NCBI GenBank assembly: GCA_963665815.1
Contig: OY762463.1
Coordinates: forward strand, 3,360,001 to 3,424,000
DNA: 64,000 nt
Direction: 5' to 3'
Origin: Candidatus Cloacimonadales bacterium
GTDB lineage: Bacteria > Cloacimonadota > Cloacimonadia > Cloacimonadales > JAIOQZ01
The position numbers and the translations under genes were made by a program. Under the pieces are notes generated by a model. It did no database searches. It was not told the DNA's origin and saw only the letters and a list, made by a program, of their open reading frames with translations. Positions 1-9,965 of this stretch are shown one piece after another (position 1 is the stretch's first letter; each line of letters begins with the position of its first letter).

Positions 1-45
1 GTTATTTGGACTCTGTTCATATTTAGATAAGGCAAAATAGTAAAC

Positions 46-81
46 AAAAAACAAGCCCTGAAGTGTTTCAAGGCTTGTTTC
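46..81 (-). terminator. Rho-independent terminator after the Rhs toxin/immunity pair
   Basis: On the minus strand an AAACAAGCC/GGCTTGTTT stem is followed by a T-run, about 100 nt downstream of the 182..691 stop. Confidence 0.65.
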
Positions 82-181
82 AAAAGGTTACGAGATTATA
101 AATCAATTAGATTATTTACATAAGCTATATTAATTAAATAGGATGCTTAAAAAAAACTAAGTATAATACTTAATATTGTAA

Positions 182-691
182 TTATTCCCTTAATATCCAT
201 TTTCTTTTTTCTGCATCATAATAATAACCTATCTTTGTTTTATAGTCATATGCATAGTATTTCTTCATGAAGTAGTTTACTCGAGTGCTATCGACAATAT
301 CTCCAGGACCAAAACAGGCCATCCATCCTGAAGGCAATATAGTATATTTATCAAACGGTTCAATGAAAATAAGTGTATTAATTTTCCTTTTCTTGAGCTC
401 ATATAGAGTTGTTTCAGTAGAAATACCTTCAGGACTAATAAAGGAACTATCACAAGTATGAATGATGCTAACAGTATCTGAAGACACCAAAAATCTGAAC
501 TCAATACCGTCAACATTTGTATAATACCACCTTGAACCATTAAGATAATAATCATCTTTGTAGCGAATGAACAACTTGCAATATATCTTATCTCCAATAT
601 CCAATTCATCCATATCTGGTACAAATTTGAGAAATGTGCAAGAAAAACAAACTAATGCTGATGCAATCAAAATAAACTTTCTCATTTTCAT
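182..691 (-). CDS. Predicted lipoprotein, candidate immunity protein of the upstream Rhs toxin
   Basis: N-terminal signal ending LVCFSC, AGGAG RBS, directly downstream of and co-oriented with the Rhs-CT ORF. Confidence 0.6.
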   Translation of the reverse strand: MKMRKFILIASALVCFSCTFLKFVPDMDELDIGDKIYCKLFIRYKDDYYLNGSRWYYTNVDGIEFRFLVSSDTVSIIHTCDSSFISPEGISTETTLYELKKRKINTLIFIEPFDKYTILPSGWMACFGPGDIVDSTRVNYFMKKYYAYDYKTKIGYYYDAEKRKWILRE

Positions 692-774
692 TTTATAAAT
701 ACTCCTTTCTTAAAGCAAAGTGAGAAATCTCACTTCATCTCGTGCGTAAATCTAAGAGGAAGGAACGTATGAGT

Positions 775-1695
775 TTATAATTCCTGGACTAATGGCAATA
801 TCTCCTCACGTTCTTCATACCATTCATCTACAGGTGGTTTCCACCAAAACTCAATCTCTACTAATGTGCCTTCAAATATATCGTTCATCGCATCAAAAGT
901 CATAGGAGTTGTTACATTAATAAAAGTACCTGCTTGATTATTATATATTATATTTCCATCAGAATCAATGCTTTTCACAACTGCTGAATGTACAACATCT
1001 CCTTTTTTATCTGTGAATACTGTAACATCTCCAACTTGTGGTGTCTTGTATTTTATGTATCCATCATACTTCAAAATTGCCCTAACTTGATCATTATCAA
1101 TCCAGTATTTCTCTTCTATAAAAGTAAAACCATGGCAATCAGTATTGAACTGTGGGTTAATATTAGGTTTCAAATTCTTAAGCACCTGGATTTTATGTCC
1201 CCTTCTTCTCAAAAATCTATCCCACCAGTTTCCGGTATCTGCATATACATACCCAAATTGGAATATAGTAGTTCTATCCCCTGATTTGCCTTCACCTCTT
1301 CCCCAAGAAACGTAAATATATCTTCCATCCGCATCTTTTTGAATACTCCCATCCGGATCAAGGAAGTTCACCGGGTCATTATGGCAATACACATAGGGAC
1401 TAAAGAACTGATCCGCAGGGTCTATGGAGTGCCAACGTCCCAGTTCAGGATCGTAGAACCTGACTCCATAGTGATACCAAAGAGCTCGTAGCCGCAGGCG
1501 AGAGTCTCCACTCCGAAGTCTGTAGAACGTCAGTTCGAAGACCATAGGAGGTACATTATTCTCATCTTCGTGTTCCTTGCCGTTATACATGTATTTATTA
1601 TCTGTGCTGCCGTCATAGGAAAATCCCGGCATTCTCATCCCGAACGGGTAGTAGTGGTCTTCCTGTACTACTAAAGCTGTGTTTCCCTGATACAA
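775..1695 (-). CDS. Orphan Rhs repeat-associated core plus C-terminal toxin (putative Cys-His papain-like fold)
   Basis: HYYPFG, YMYNGKE, WYHYGVRFYDPELGRW and SPYVYCHNDPVNFLDPDG (PxxxxDPxG) motifs. The C-terminal part has DCHGFTF...GDV...VVHSAVV. TTG start preceded by AAGGAGG. Confidence 0.85.
   Translation of the reverse strand: MYQGNTALVVQEDHYYPFGMRMPGFSYDGSTDNKYMYNGKEHEDENNVPPMVFELTFYRLRSGDSRLRLRALWYHYGVRFYDPELGRWHSIDPADQFFSPYVYCHNDPVNFLDPDGSIQKDADGRYIYVSWGRGEGKSGDRTTIFQFGYVYADTGNWWDRFLRRRGHKIQVLKNLKPNINPQFNTDCHGFTFIEEKYWIDNDQVRAILKYDGYIKYKTPQVGDVTVFTDKKGDVVHSAVVKSIDSDGNIIYNNQAGTFINVTTPMTFDAMNDIFEGTLVEIEFWWKPPVDEWYEEREEILPLVQEL
1481..1554. repeat. GC-rich multi-hairpin insertion, in frame inside the Rhs core
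   Basis: About 24 extra codons (VPPMVFELTFYRLRSGDSRLRLRA) between the conserved GKE..E and WYHYG motifs. Nested inverted repeats CTCC/GGAG, GAAC/GTTC, GTCT/AGAC and CTCG/CGAG. Confidence 0.6.
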
Positions 1696-1881
1696 GAAAG
1701 CCTCCTTACTCCATATTATGGCTAAATTGAGCTCATTAGCGGCAAATGGTCAAGTTATTTAAATTTACACACTCAATTCATTTCTCACCCGAAATGAATT
1801 TTCGCCCCGTAGAGTTTTCCTGGAGGGAATAAATCCAGAAACAACTTGATATTCTAACATTAATGAGGAGTGTATTTGCGT

Positions 1882-1930
1882 GACGCTATTGCGTCTTTAA
1901 TGGAAAGAGACACAGCCAGAGCCGTGTCTC
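1882..1930. repeat. Two REP-like hairpins
   Basis: GACGC-TATT-GCGTC (1882-1895) and GAGACACAGC-CAGA-GCCGTGTCTC (1907-1930), just downstream of the FG-GAP gene. Confidence 0.5.
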
Positions 1931-1949
1931 AATATATAAAGAACAAAAT

Positions 1950-3461
1950 CTATTTCATCAGAACGAGTTTTCTGGTTTCCGTATGATTGCCGGTTGTCAT
2001 TTTCACAAAATATACACCGGATGAGACATTATTACCTGAGTCAGTATCTCCATGCCAGATAACGCTTCTGTCGCCGGCATCAATATTGTCATTTACAAGA
2101 GTTTTAACTTTTTGACCTTTTATGTTGTATATGCTGATTTCTACTTGAGAGTTTTCTTTGATAGAATATTCAATTTTCGTTTCAGGATTGAATGGATTCG
2201 GGTAGATGCTTTGAATATTATTATCACAATAGTTAATTGTGCTCTGGTCGTTAGCAACATCGGTATATTCAAATATATAAACCGATCCGGCATATTGCTG
2301 GATACTGCTGTCTCCTCTACATCCTATAATAGCAGTATTGCCCTCTATATCTATTACTTCTCCAAAGAGTCCTTCCAAAGGGTGATCTTCTCCAACGAAT
2401 TTTTGTGCCAGAGTCCATAATGTGTCGGATTTCTGATAGAAATAAACTGAACCTGATCTATATGTAGGATAACTATCTACTTGTGACCCAATCAAAAGCA
2501 TGTCACCGGACAATTTCACGGAAATGCCGAAATTTTCACCTGCTTCACCATCATCAGGATAAATATAAGCCTGTTCCACCCAGTTATCTCCATTTTTTTT
2601 ATAGATGTATGCTGCACCTGAGTCAGTACCATTACTGCTGGCACACATTGCCCCCACAGCAATATAATCTCCATCCATTGACACCGAGAAACCAAATCCG
2701 TCACCTGAGGTTAAGTTTGAACCTACTAATTTCGTCTGCTCAGTCCAGACCCCTGAGTCATATTCGAATATATAGGCTGCTCCTGCATCTACTCCGGTAG
2801 AATTGTTATTATAAGCCCCTATAACCAGGCATTGATCATTACCGGCAAGACGGCAAAATTTATCATCATCTGCTCCGTCTGAAGGATACAATTTTGTTGA
2901 GAAGGTGAATACTGAATCTGCTCTGGAATAAACGTAAACTGATCCGGTCTTGTGATTATTTGTAGAATCCTGCTATGCTCCTACAAAAAGATTATTATCT
3001 GTCAGAAGTATAGATGCTCCGAACTCTCCTTCTTCAACTCCATCACTTGGAATTATTTTCTCAATTTCAGTCCAGGTGCTTCCGGATCTTCTAAATACAT
3101 AAACTGATCCTGACTCAATTCCATTTTCATTATCGTCAAATGCCCCGACTACAAGAAAGTTATCTTTTAATGATAAAGCATATCCAAAAATATTATCATC
3201 TGCACCATCAGAAGCAGTCAATATGGCTTCTTCAACCCATGTATCTCCCACAAGATGTAGTACATAAACAGCCCCTTGACCTTGCAGGTTGGGTTTACCT
3301 ACAGCTGCATAATCTCCGTCAATATCTACAGAATAACCGTAAATTCCCCAGGCTTGTCCATCCGAAGCTGATAGTTTCTGGAACTGTCTCCACTCTTCAG
3401 AGTACAAGTTTATTCCGATTAATAAAAAAAATGATATTACACAAAATAAAATGTTCTTCAT
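1950..3461 (-). pseudogene. Secreted FG-GAP repeat beta-propeller with FlgD-Ig/T9SS-like C-terminal domain, interrupted by one in-frame TAG at 2973-2975
   Basis: ORFs 2973..3461 and 1950..2891 share a frame, and the 27 codons between them continue the repeat (QDSTNNHKTGSVYVYSRADSVFTFSTK). Signal peptide, FGxSV..D...VGA...GAVYVF repeats, YPNPFNP C-terminal domain. Confidence 0.8.
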
Positions 3462-3797
3462 AGTATCTCTCCTTGTTTCATATCCTGATTGATAATTGCA
3501 ACAATTTTTTACGAATGATATTGTAATAACCGTTATAAGGAATTGTCAATATAATTAAATTCAGTGATTCATTTTCTTATTGATAAATTGTATCTTGAGT
3601 AAAATGTCTTTAATGAAAGTAGTTTCCGTATGAAGATATGCGATGTTTCGTGCAATTACATTCAAGAAATCCTTCATAGCTATAAAAGTACAGTTTATGT
3701 TTTCAAGGGTGATATTTTATTATTTAAAATGTAGAACCAATGCAGTTCTACCTATAATTAGTGCTTTTGTAAGTAGTATGCAGATAGATGATTTATC

Positions 3798-4370
3798 TTA
3801 CACGCCCAGCACTTTTTCAACTGCTCTGTAATAAAGAGAATGCTCAATCTTAAGGACTCTCTTTGCAATCTCCTCTGCATTTTCACAATCAGAAACATCT
3901 ACTGATTCCTGTAGAACAATCTGTCCTTCATCATAATACTCATTTACCAGATGTACTGTAGCTCCGGATACTTTTTCCCCCTGTTCAAACACTGCTTTAT
4001 GTACATTGGAACCATACATACCTTTTCCACCGAATTTTGGAAGTAAAGCAGGATGTATATTAAGGATTGGTATACCGCACTCTCTGATAAATTCTCCGGA
4101 GATTTGCTTCATGAAACCAGCGAGAACAATCATATCAAGTTTTTGCTCTTTTATTAAATACAGAAGTTCAAGCTCAAAGGCAGCAAGATTCCGGGCAGAA
4201 ATGAATTTCCACGGAATATCCAGAGATTCGCATTTATCTATTATCGGTGCTTTTCTACTTGTAACGACTACAAAGCTGATATTGATTTCTGATCTGTTTA
4301 TATTGTCGGCAATTGCCTGAAAATTGGAACCCCTGCTTTTACCGGATGTTATAACTGCAATATTCTTCAT
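3798..4370 (-). CDS. purN: Phosphoribosylglycinamide formyltransferase
   Basis: SG..GSNFQA, LAGFM, NIHPALLPKFGG, GATVHLV..YDEG and EH motifs. Confidence 0.95.
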   Translation of the reverse strand: MKNIAVITSGKSRGSNFQAIADNINRSEINISFVVVTSRKAPIIDKCESLDIPWKFISARNLAAFELELLYLIKEQKLDMIVLAGFMKQISGEFIRECGIPILNIHPALLPKFGGKGMYGSNVHKAVFEQGEKVSGATVHLVNEYYDEGQIVLQESVDVSDCENAEEIAKRVLKIEHSLYYRAVEKVLGV

Positions 4371-4420
4371 TTGTCCTCGTAAAAAAGATAGGCTGCTGAT
4401 ATTGTCAGCAACCTGTTATA

Positions 4421-6202
4421 TTATTCATCAATTTTTATATTGAGTTCTTTAAGTTGTTCATCTGCAACTCTGGCAGGAGCTTGACTCATCAGGTCCACTG
4501 CTTTCAGAGTTTTAGGGAAGGCAATTACGTCACGGATAGAATCACTTGCGGAAAGAATCATAACAAGTCTGTCGATTCCCGGTGCAATACCGCCATGAGG
4601 AGGTGTTCCGTACTTAAGAGCATTAAGGAAGAATCCGAATTTTTCCTGAAGCTCTTCTTCTGAGAATCCCAGAACATCAAAAATCTTTCTTTGAACATCA
4701 AGTCTGTGACATCTTATTGAACCTGAAGATAATTCCATTCCGTTACAAACAAGGTCATAGAGTTTACCTTCTATCTTACCCCAGTCCTTTTCATTCTCGA
4801 AATACTTGAGGTGTTCTTCTTTTGGAAGTGTAAACATATGATGAGCTGTTTCCCAGCGACTCTTATCTTCATTATATTCGAAAAGAGGGAAGTCAGTAAT
4901 CCAGACAAACTTGAATTCTTTTTCATTGTAAAGTCCAAGATCTTTGCCAAGCTTTAATCTGACACCATCAAGCACCTTGTAGACTATTTTCAATCTGTCA
5001 GCTGCAAACAGAATAAGATCTCCATCTTTTGCACCTGTTTTAGCAATGATTTTGTCTTTTACATCCTCAGTAATGAATTTGGCTATACCGGATGAGAATT
5101 CACCGTTCGCATATTTACAATAAGCCAGTCCTTTTGCTCCAAGGTGTTTAGCCAGATCAACCAGTTCATCTATTTTCTTTCTGGAGTAACTGCTGCATTC
5201 AGGAGCTGCAATACACTGCACGCTTCCACCAGATTCTAATGCTCCCTGAAAGACTTTGAATTCCAGATCTTTTACTTCTTCACTAATATCTGTGAGTTCA
5301 ACACCGAAACGCATATCCGGTTTATCACTACCGAATCTTCTCATTGCTTCTTTATATGGAAGCTGTTCAAAAGGAATATTAATTTCCAGATTTGCAACTT
5401 CTGAGAACAGGTATTTCATCAGTTTTTCAGATACATCAAAAATATCATCCTGATCAACAAAGCTCATTTCCATGTCAAGTTGAGTAAATTCCGGTTGTCT
5501 GTCAGCTCTGAGATCTTCATCTCTGAAACATCTGGCAATCTGGAAGTATCTGTCAAATCCACCAATCATCAGCAATTGTTTATAAATCTGCGGTGATTGT
5601 GGGAGTGCAAAGAATGTTCCCGGATGAACACGACTTGGAACAAGATAATCTCTTGCACCTTCAGGTGTGCTCTTCATCAGGATTGGTGTTTCTATTTCGT
5701 AGAAATTATTATCTATCAGGAATTTCCTGATCGCAAAGTTAATTTTATGTCTCATCAGTATTTTACTGCTGAGTTTCTCACGTCTGAGATCGAGGTATCT
5801 GTACTCGAGTCTCAGATCTTCATCTGCCAGAACATTCTCATTAATCTGGACAGGTAATGGTTCAGAATCATTTAAAATAAGCAATTTCTCGGAGTTTATT
5901 TCAATTGCTCCAGTTTGCATATTCTTGTTTATGTTGCCTTGTTCACGGTTAGCAACTATACCTTCAACGCAGATAACATATTCATTTCTGAGTTTGTGTG
6001 CTTTTTCCATAAGTGGTGCATTTTCAGGATGGAATACTATCTGAATGATTCCTGTTACATCTCTAAGATCAATAAAAATCAATCCTCCGAGGTCTCTTCG
6101 GCGGTGCACCCAGCCGGTTAATACAACTTTTTCTGAAAGGTTCTTTTCCGAAACATCACAGCACCTGTGTGTTCTCTTGACGTTTCCCAGAAAGTCTAAC
6201 AT
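4421..6202 (-). CDS. aspS: Aspartate-tRNA ligase
   Basis: [49 protein letters not shown] domain, [12 protein letters not shown]. Confidence 0.97.
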   Translation of the reverse strand: MLDFLGNVKRTHRCCDVSEKNLSEKVVLTGWVHRRRDLGGLIFIDLRDVTGIIQIVFHPENAPLMEKAHKLRNEYVICVEGIVANREQGNINKNMQTGAIEINSEKLLILNDSEPLPVQINENVLADEDLRLEYRYLDLRREKLSSKILMRHKINFAIRKFLIDNNFYEIETPILMKSTPEGARDYLVPSRVHPGTFFALPQSPQIYKQLLMIGGFDRYFQIARCFRDEDLRADRQPEFTQLDMEMSFVDQDDIFDVSEKLMKYLFSEVANLEINIPFEQLPYKEAMRRFGSDKPDMRFGVELTDISEEVKDLEFKVFQGALESGGSVQCIAAPECSSYSRKKIDELVDLAKHLGAKGLAYCKYANGEFSSGIAKFITEDVKDKIIAKTGAKDGDLILFAADRLKIVYKVLDGVRLKLGKDLGLYNEKEFKFVWITDFPLFEYNEDKSRWETAHHMFTLPKEEHLKYFENEKDWGKIEGKLYDLVCNGMELSSGSIRCHRLDVQRKIFDVLGFSEEELQEKFGFFLNALKYGTPPHGGIAPGIDRLVMILSASDSIRDVIAFPKTLKAVDLMSQAPARVADEQLKELNIKIDE

Positions 6203-6230
6203 CTATTCTCCCTTGTTATTGCTCTGTAAT

Positions 6231-8480
6231 CTAACACTTTGACCAACCGCAACTGTGACACTTCAAACATCCTTCTGAATGTTCTACTACACTGCCGCAA
6301 TCAGGACAAGTTGTTCCCATTTTACCGGGTACAGACAGCATTTTTCTATTATCCGTATTAATTCTTATATCTGTAATTTTTTCATCACCCATAATTTTAA
6401 GGAAGTTCTCCAGTGCATAAGCCATACCATCTGCACAGGAAGTAATCATTTTTCCTTTATACCACATTGGCTGAGGACATCTTATGCCTTTAAGCTGACG
6501 AATGATTGATGTCACCTTAATATCTGAACGAAGCCCGAGCGAAGCCAGTCTTGCCACTGATTCCATCTGTGCAGATGCACATCCTCCGACTTTTCCTATC
6601 TGTGTAAATATCTCGCAAGCACCTCTTTCATCTCTGTTTATTGTAATGTAAAGGTGACCACAACCTGTTTCTACTCTCTGAGTAATACCTTGAGTTATCT
6701 CCGGCCTTGAACGTGGAGCAATACTTGGTTTGCCTTCTTCGGTTTCTTTTATTGTTTTACCTACATTCAGAACCTGATTGTCTCTGCTGCCATCTCTATA
6801 GACAGTCAGTCCTTTACAACCAAGCTGATATGCCAGTTCATAGGCTATTCTTATATCATTAACTTCTGCATCTCTGGTAAAGTTGATAGTCTTGGAAACC
6901 GCATTATCTGTGTATGCCTGGAATGCTGCCTGCATTTTAATATGCCATTCAGGGGAAATATCATGTGATGTAACGAATACCTGTTTGATTTCATCAGGGA
7001 TCTCGTCGATATGAGCAACAGAACCTGTTTCTGATACTTTTTCCATGAGTTCCTGAGAGTAGATTCCAGCATCTTTCACAGCTTTTTCGAAATGAGGGTT
7101 TATATATAGAAGTTTCTCTCCGTCCATGACATTTTTTACAAATACGAGTGAGAATTGCGGTTCGATTCCACTGGAAGTATTGGCTATCATACTGATTGTT
7201 CCGGTTGGAGCAATAGTTGTCACTGTCGCATTTCTCATTCCCTTTTTCTTAATCTGCTTGATTAGTTTATCCCAGTTCTTATTACATGTTTTACGATCCA
7301 GTGTACCTGTATCGAAAATACTACCTTTAAAATTCGGGAATGATTCTTTCTGTTCTGCCAGTTCCATGGATCTTACCTTTGCATGATAATCTATGAATTC
7401 CATAATTTCTGCAGCAAGCATAGTTGCTTCTTCTGAGTTATAAGGTATTTTCATTTTAAAAAGCAGATCTGCCCAGCCCATAACACCAAGTCCGATTTTT
7501 CTGTTAGATTTTACGGTTTCATCGATTTCCGGTAATGGGAAGTTAGATTTGTCAATAACATCATCAAGAAAATCAACACAAGTTTCTGTTACTTCTCTGA
7601 GGTTATTCCAATCTATTTTTTCATCATTATAGAAAGCTGAAAGATTGATTGATCCGAGGTTACATGCTTCGTTAGGTAAGAGAGGCTGTTCACCACATGG
7701 ATTTGTACTTTCTATTTCACCGATCTGTGGTGTCGGGTTATGTTTGTTGATTCTATCGAGGAAAATGATTCCCGGCTCACCGTTTTTATGTGCCATTTCA
7801 ACAATCAGTGAGAATATCTCTCTGGCATTGATATTATCCTGGACTTCTCCTGTATGCGGGGAGATTAATTCATAATCTGTATTTTGTGTTACTGCAGTCA
7901 TAAAGTCTTCAGTAAGTCCGACACTGATGTTAAAGTTTGTAAGTTCTTTAAGATCGTGTTTGCATTTGATGAAGTCTCTGATTTGAGGGTGTTGCACATT
8001 GAGGATAGCCATGTTAGCTCCTCGTCTTGTACCACCTTGTTTTACAGCATCGGTTGCAGCATTAAACACTTTCATAAATGATATTGGTCCGCTTGATACA
8101 CCATTGGTTGTTTTTACTCTGGCATTAGCTTCTCTGAGTTTACTGAAACTGAAACCTGTTCCTCCACCGCTTTTATGGATTAGTGCGGCATTTTTTATGG
8201 AAGTAAAAATACTTTCCATACTGTCTTCTACAGGAAGTACAAAACAGGCAGAAAGCTGCTGCAGGTCGTTTCCGGCATTCATAAGTGTAGGTGAGTTAGG
8301 CAGGAATTTACCGGAATCAAGAAGTTGATAATATTTCTCTGCTTTTTCAGAATCATCTCCGGCAATATTTCCGGATACACGAGTTAACAACTTTTCCCAA
8401 TCTTCTACCGGTTCACCTTGTTTGTTCTTTTTAAAATATCTTTTATTCAATACGACTTTCGCATTATCAGTTAAGTGCAT
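6231..8480 (-). CDS. nrdJ: Vitamin B12-dependent (class II) ribonucleotide reductase with C-terminal TSCPD/Zn-finger region
   Basis: PNSPTLMNAG, LSACFV, TNPCGEQPL, IAPTGTIS, VSKTIN, YRDGSR, and a terminal CPDC...CHSCGWSKC. Confidence 0.93.
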   Translation of the reverse strand: MHLTDNAKVVLNKRYFKKNKQGEPVEDWEKLLTRVSGNIAGDDSEKAEKYYQLLDSGKFLPNSPTLMNAGNDLQQLSACFVLPVEDSMESIFTSIKNAALIHKSGGGTGFSFSKLREANARVKTTNGVSSGPISFMKVFNAATDAVKQGGTRRGANMAILNVQHPQIRDFIKCKHDLKELTNFNISVGLTEDFMTAVTQNTDYELISPHTGEVQDNINAREIFSLIVEMAHKNGEPGIIFLDRINKHNPTPQIGEIESTNPCGEQPLLPNEACNLGSINLSAFYNDEKIDWNNLREVTETCVDFLDDVIDKSNFPLPEIDETVKSNRKIGLGVMGWADLLFKMKIPYNSEEATMLAAEIMEFIDYHAKVRSMELAEQKESFPNFKGSIFDTGTLDRKTCNKNWDKLIKQIKKKGMRNATVTTIAPTGTISMIANTSSGIEPQFSLVFVKNVMDGEKLLYINPHFEKAVKDAGIYSQELMEKVSETGSVAHIDEIPDEIKQVFVTSHDISPEWHIKMQAAFQAYTDNAVSKTINFTRDAEVNDIRIAYELAYQLGCKGLTVYRDGSRDNQVLNVGKTIKETEEGKPSIAPRSRPEITQGITQRVETGCGHLYITINRDERGACEIFTQIGKVGGCASAQMESVARLASLGLRSDIKVTSIIRQLKGIRCPQPMWYKGKMITSCADGMAYALENFLKIMGDEKITDIRINTDNRKMLSVPGKMGTTCPDCGSVVEHSEGCLKCHSCGWSKC

Positions 8481-8500
8481 ACTTTATTCCCTTTATATAA

Positions 8501-9946
8501 TTATTTTTCAATCCAGTATTGGTATAATTCCTCAGTAGAAAACATTCTACCGGAATTTTTCAATGAGTACTTTATTATGTCCCAGTAAAGAGATCCCCAT
8601 CCGGGGAAATCAATCCAGTCGAAAGTACGAAAATGCCAGAGCAGTGAAATATGTCCATTATGATTTTCAACTTTTTTTATGAGATTTTTAACTCTTTTTC
8701 TGGCAGTGCTTAAGCCAAGATTCATTGTTATCCTGGAGTAGAGAGAAACATCCATCACAATCAGAGGTATTTCCAGAATATGGAACGGACGATTTTCTTC
8801 CATATTGAAAGGATTAAACGGAAAAGAAATACCTGCTCTAAAGCCTATGGATTCCCAGAAACCAAGCGTAGAATCAAAGCGAATTCCGTTTTCTTCCATT
8901 ATCTTAAAACTGGTCTGGTAATCAAATGCAAGATTATGGAATCTGCATCCCTGAGCATTAAAACCTTTTCTTTTGAGCTCTTCCATGTCTTGTCTGAAGC
9001 ATTCAGCATCAAATGCCGATTCCGGTCTGGCATGAATTCCAACAAATCGCTCTTCCAGTAGTTCAGCAATTTCTCTAACGGTTTCATCGTCATTAAGATA
9101 GCCGTATCGAGGTTCGTCTTTATCCTTGTGTACTAATCCTGACAACAGGTTGACTGTTGAATCATTGTAAAGACGTGACTCATAGTTGAGGATAGATCTA
9201 TTTCGTTTATTCTCCTGCAAAAACATTTTTTTATGGAACAGGTGAAACCAGTATTTATACATGGCAGCAGCAGGATTTTTCAGTAATCTCTGTTTGTTAT
9301 GCTGCAGCACTGATTCAATCTGTTCTTTTGTCCAGAATTTCCAGTAATCCATGTCGTGGGACAGAGAAAGCCCGAATTTATGAAGACTTCCCCATGCATT
9401 GATATTAGTCATAGAGGGTTTTGTAATCTCAATAGATTTTCTGAGAATATTTATGTAGTAATCCACAACAGGTGTTTCTGTAAGGTTATTCTCAAACTGA
9501 AAAGATTTTTTGAAATCAAATCTGTTTTGCCCGTCAAGCTTTTCAAAATATTCCTGATAGCAGGAAAGAAAGTAAAAAGCTGAAGCTACAATATCTTTTC
9601 TTATAAAAGTTGTCTTTGTGGTGATATGAAATATCTCTCCCGGAAGAGAGAATAAAAACGGTATGTATTCATTATGAAAGAACTGCATAGAATAATGCAG
9701 ATGATCAGGGTGCTTTCTTTCAGTGAAAAAAGCCGCAGCATCATCTGAGTGATAGATCTTTACAGAAGCTTCCGTATCGGAATGTCTACCATAGTAAAGA
9801 TCTATCTTGGCAGATGAATATGTATAGTAAATCTTTGGCTGTAAATTAAGAATCTTACAAAATGTCCTGATTACGTATTCTGCTTTTGGAATAAACGCAG
9901 GTTCTACATTAATCAGAACTCTAAGCAGATTTTCATTTCTGTTCAT
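8501..9946 (-). CDS. Polysaccharide deacetylase-like (NodB-fold) protein
   Basis: SHDMD, GIH, RFH, DSTLG, GFRAG..FPF, LEIPLIVMD and LLWH motifs. Confidence 0.7.
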   Translation of the reverse strand: MNRNENLLRVLINVEPAFIPKAEYVIRTFCKILNLQPKIYYTYSSAKIDLYYGRHSDTEASVKIYHSDDAAAFFTERKHPDHLHYSMQFFHNEYIPFLFSLPGEIFHITTKTTFIRKDIVASAFYFLSCYQEYFEKLDGQNRFDFKKSFQFENNLTETPVVDYYINILRKSIEITKPSMTNINAWGSLHKFGLSLSHDMDYWKFWTKEQIESVLQHNKQRLLKNPAAAMYKYWFHLFHKKMFLQENKRNRSILNYESRLYNDSTVNLLSGLVHKDKDEPRYGYLNDDETVREIAELLEERFVGIHARPESAFDAECFRQDMEELKRKGFNAQGCRFHNLAFDYQTSFKIMEENGIRFDSTLGFWESIGFRAGISFPFNPFNMEENRPFHILEIPLIVMDVSLYSRITMNLGLSTARKRVKNLIKKVENHNGHISLLWHFRTFDWIDFPGWGSLYWDIIKYSLKNSGRMFSTEELYQYWIEK

Positions 9947-9965
9947 TAATACTGTCTGTTATTTT

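Noticed and set aside
2973-2975. Genome-wide TAG reassignment or pyrrolysine
   Set aside because: TAG is the normal stop of nrdJ, lon, vorB and others in this window, and no pyl genes are seen.
4421-6202. Assigning AspRS as discriminating or non-discriminating
   Set aside because: The diagnostic positions look mixed by eye (Leu in RRRDL, Gly in REQG), so it cannot be called without an alignment.
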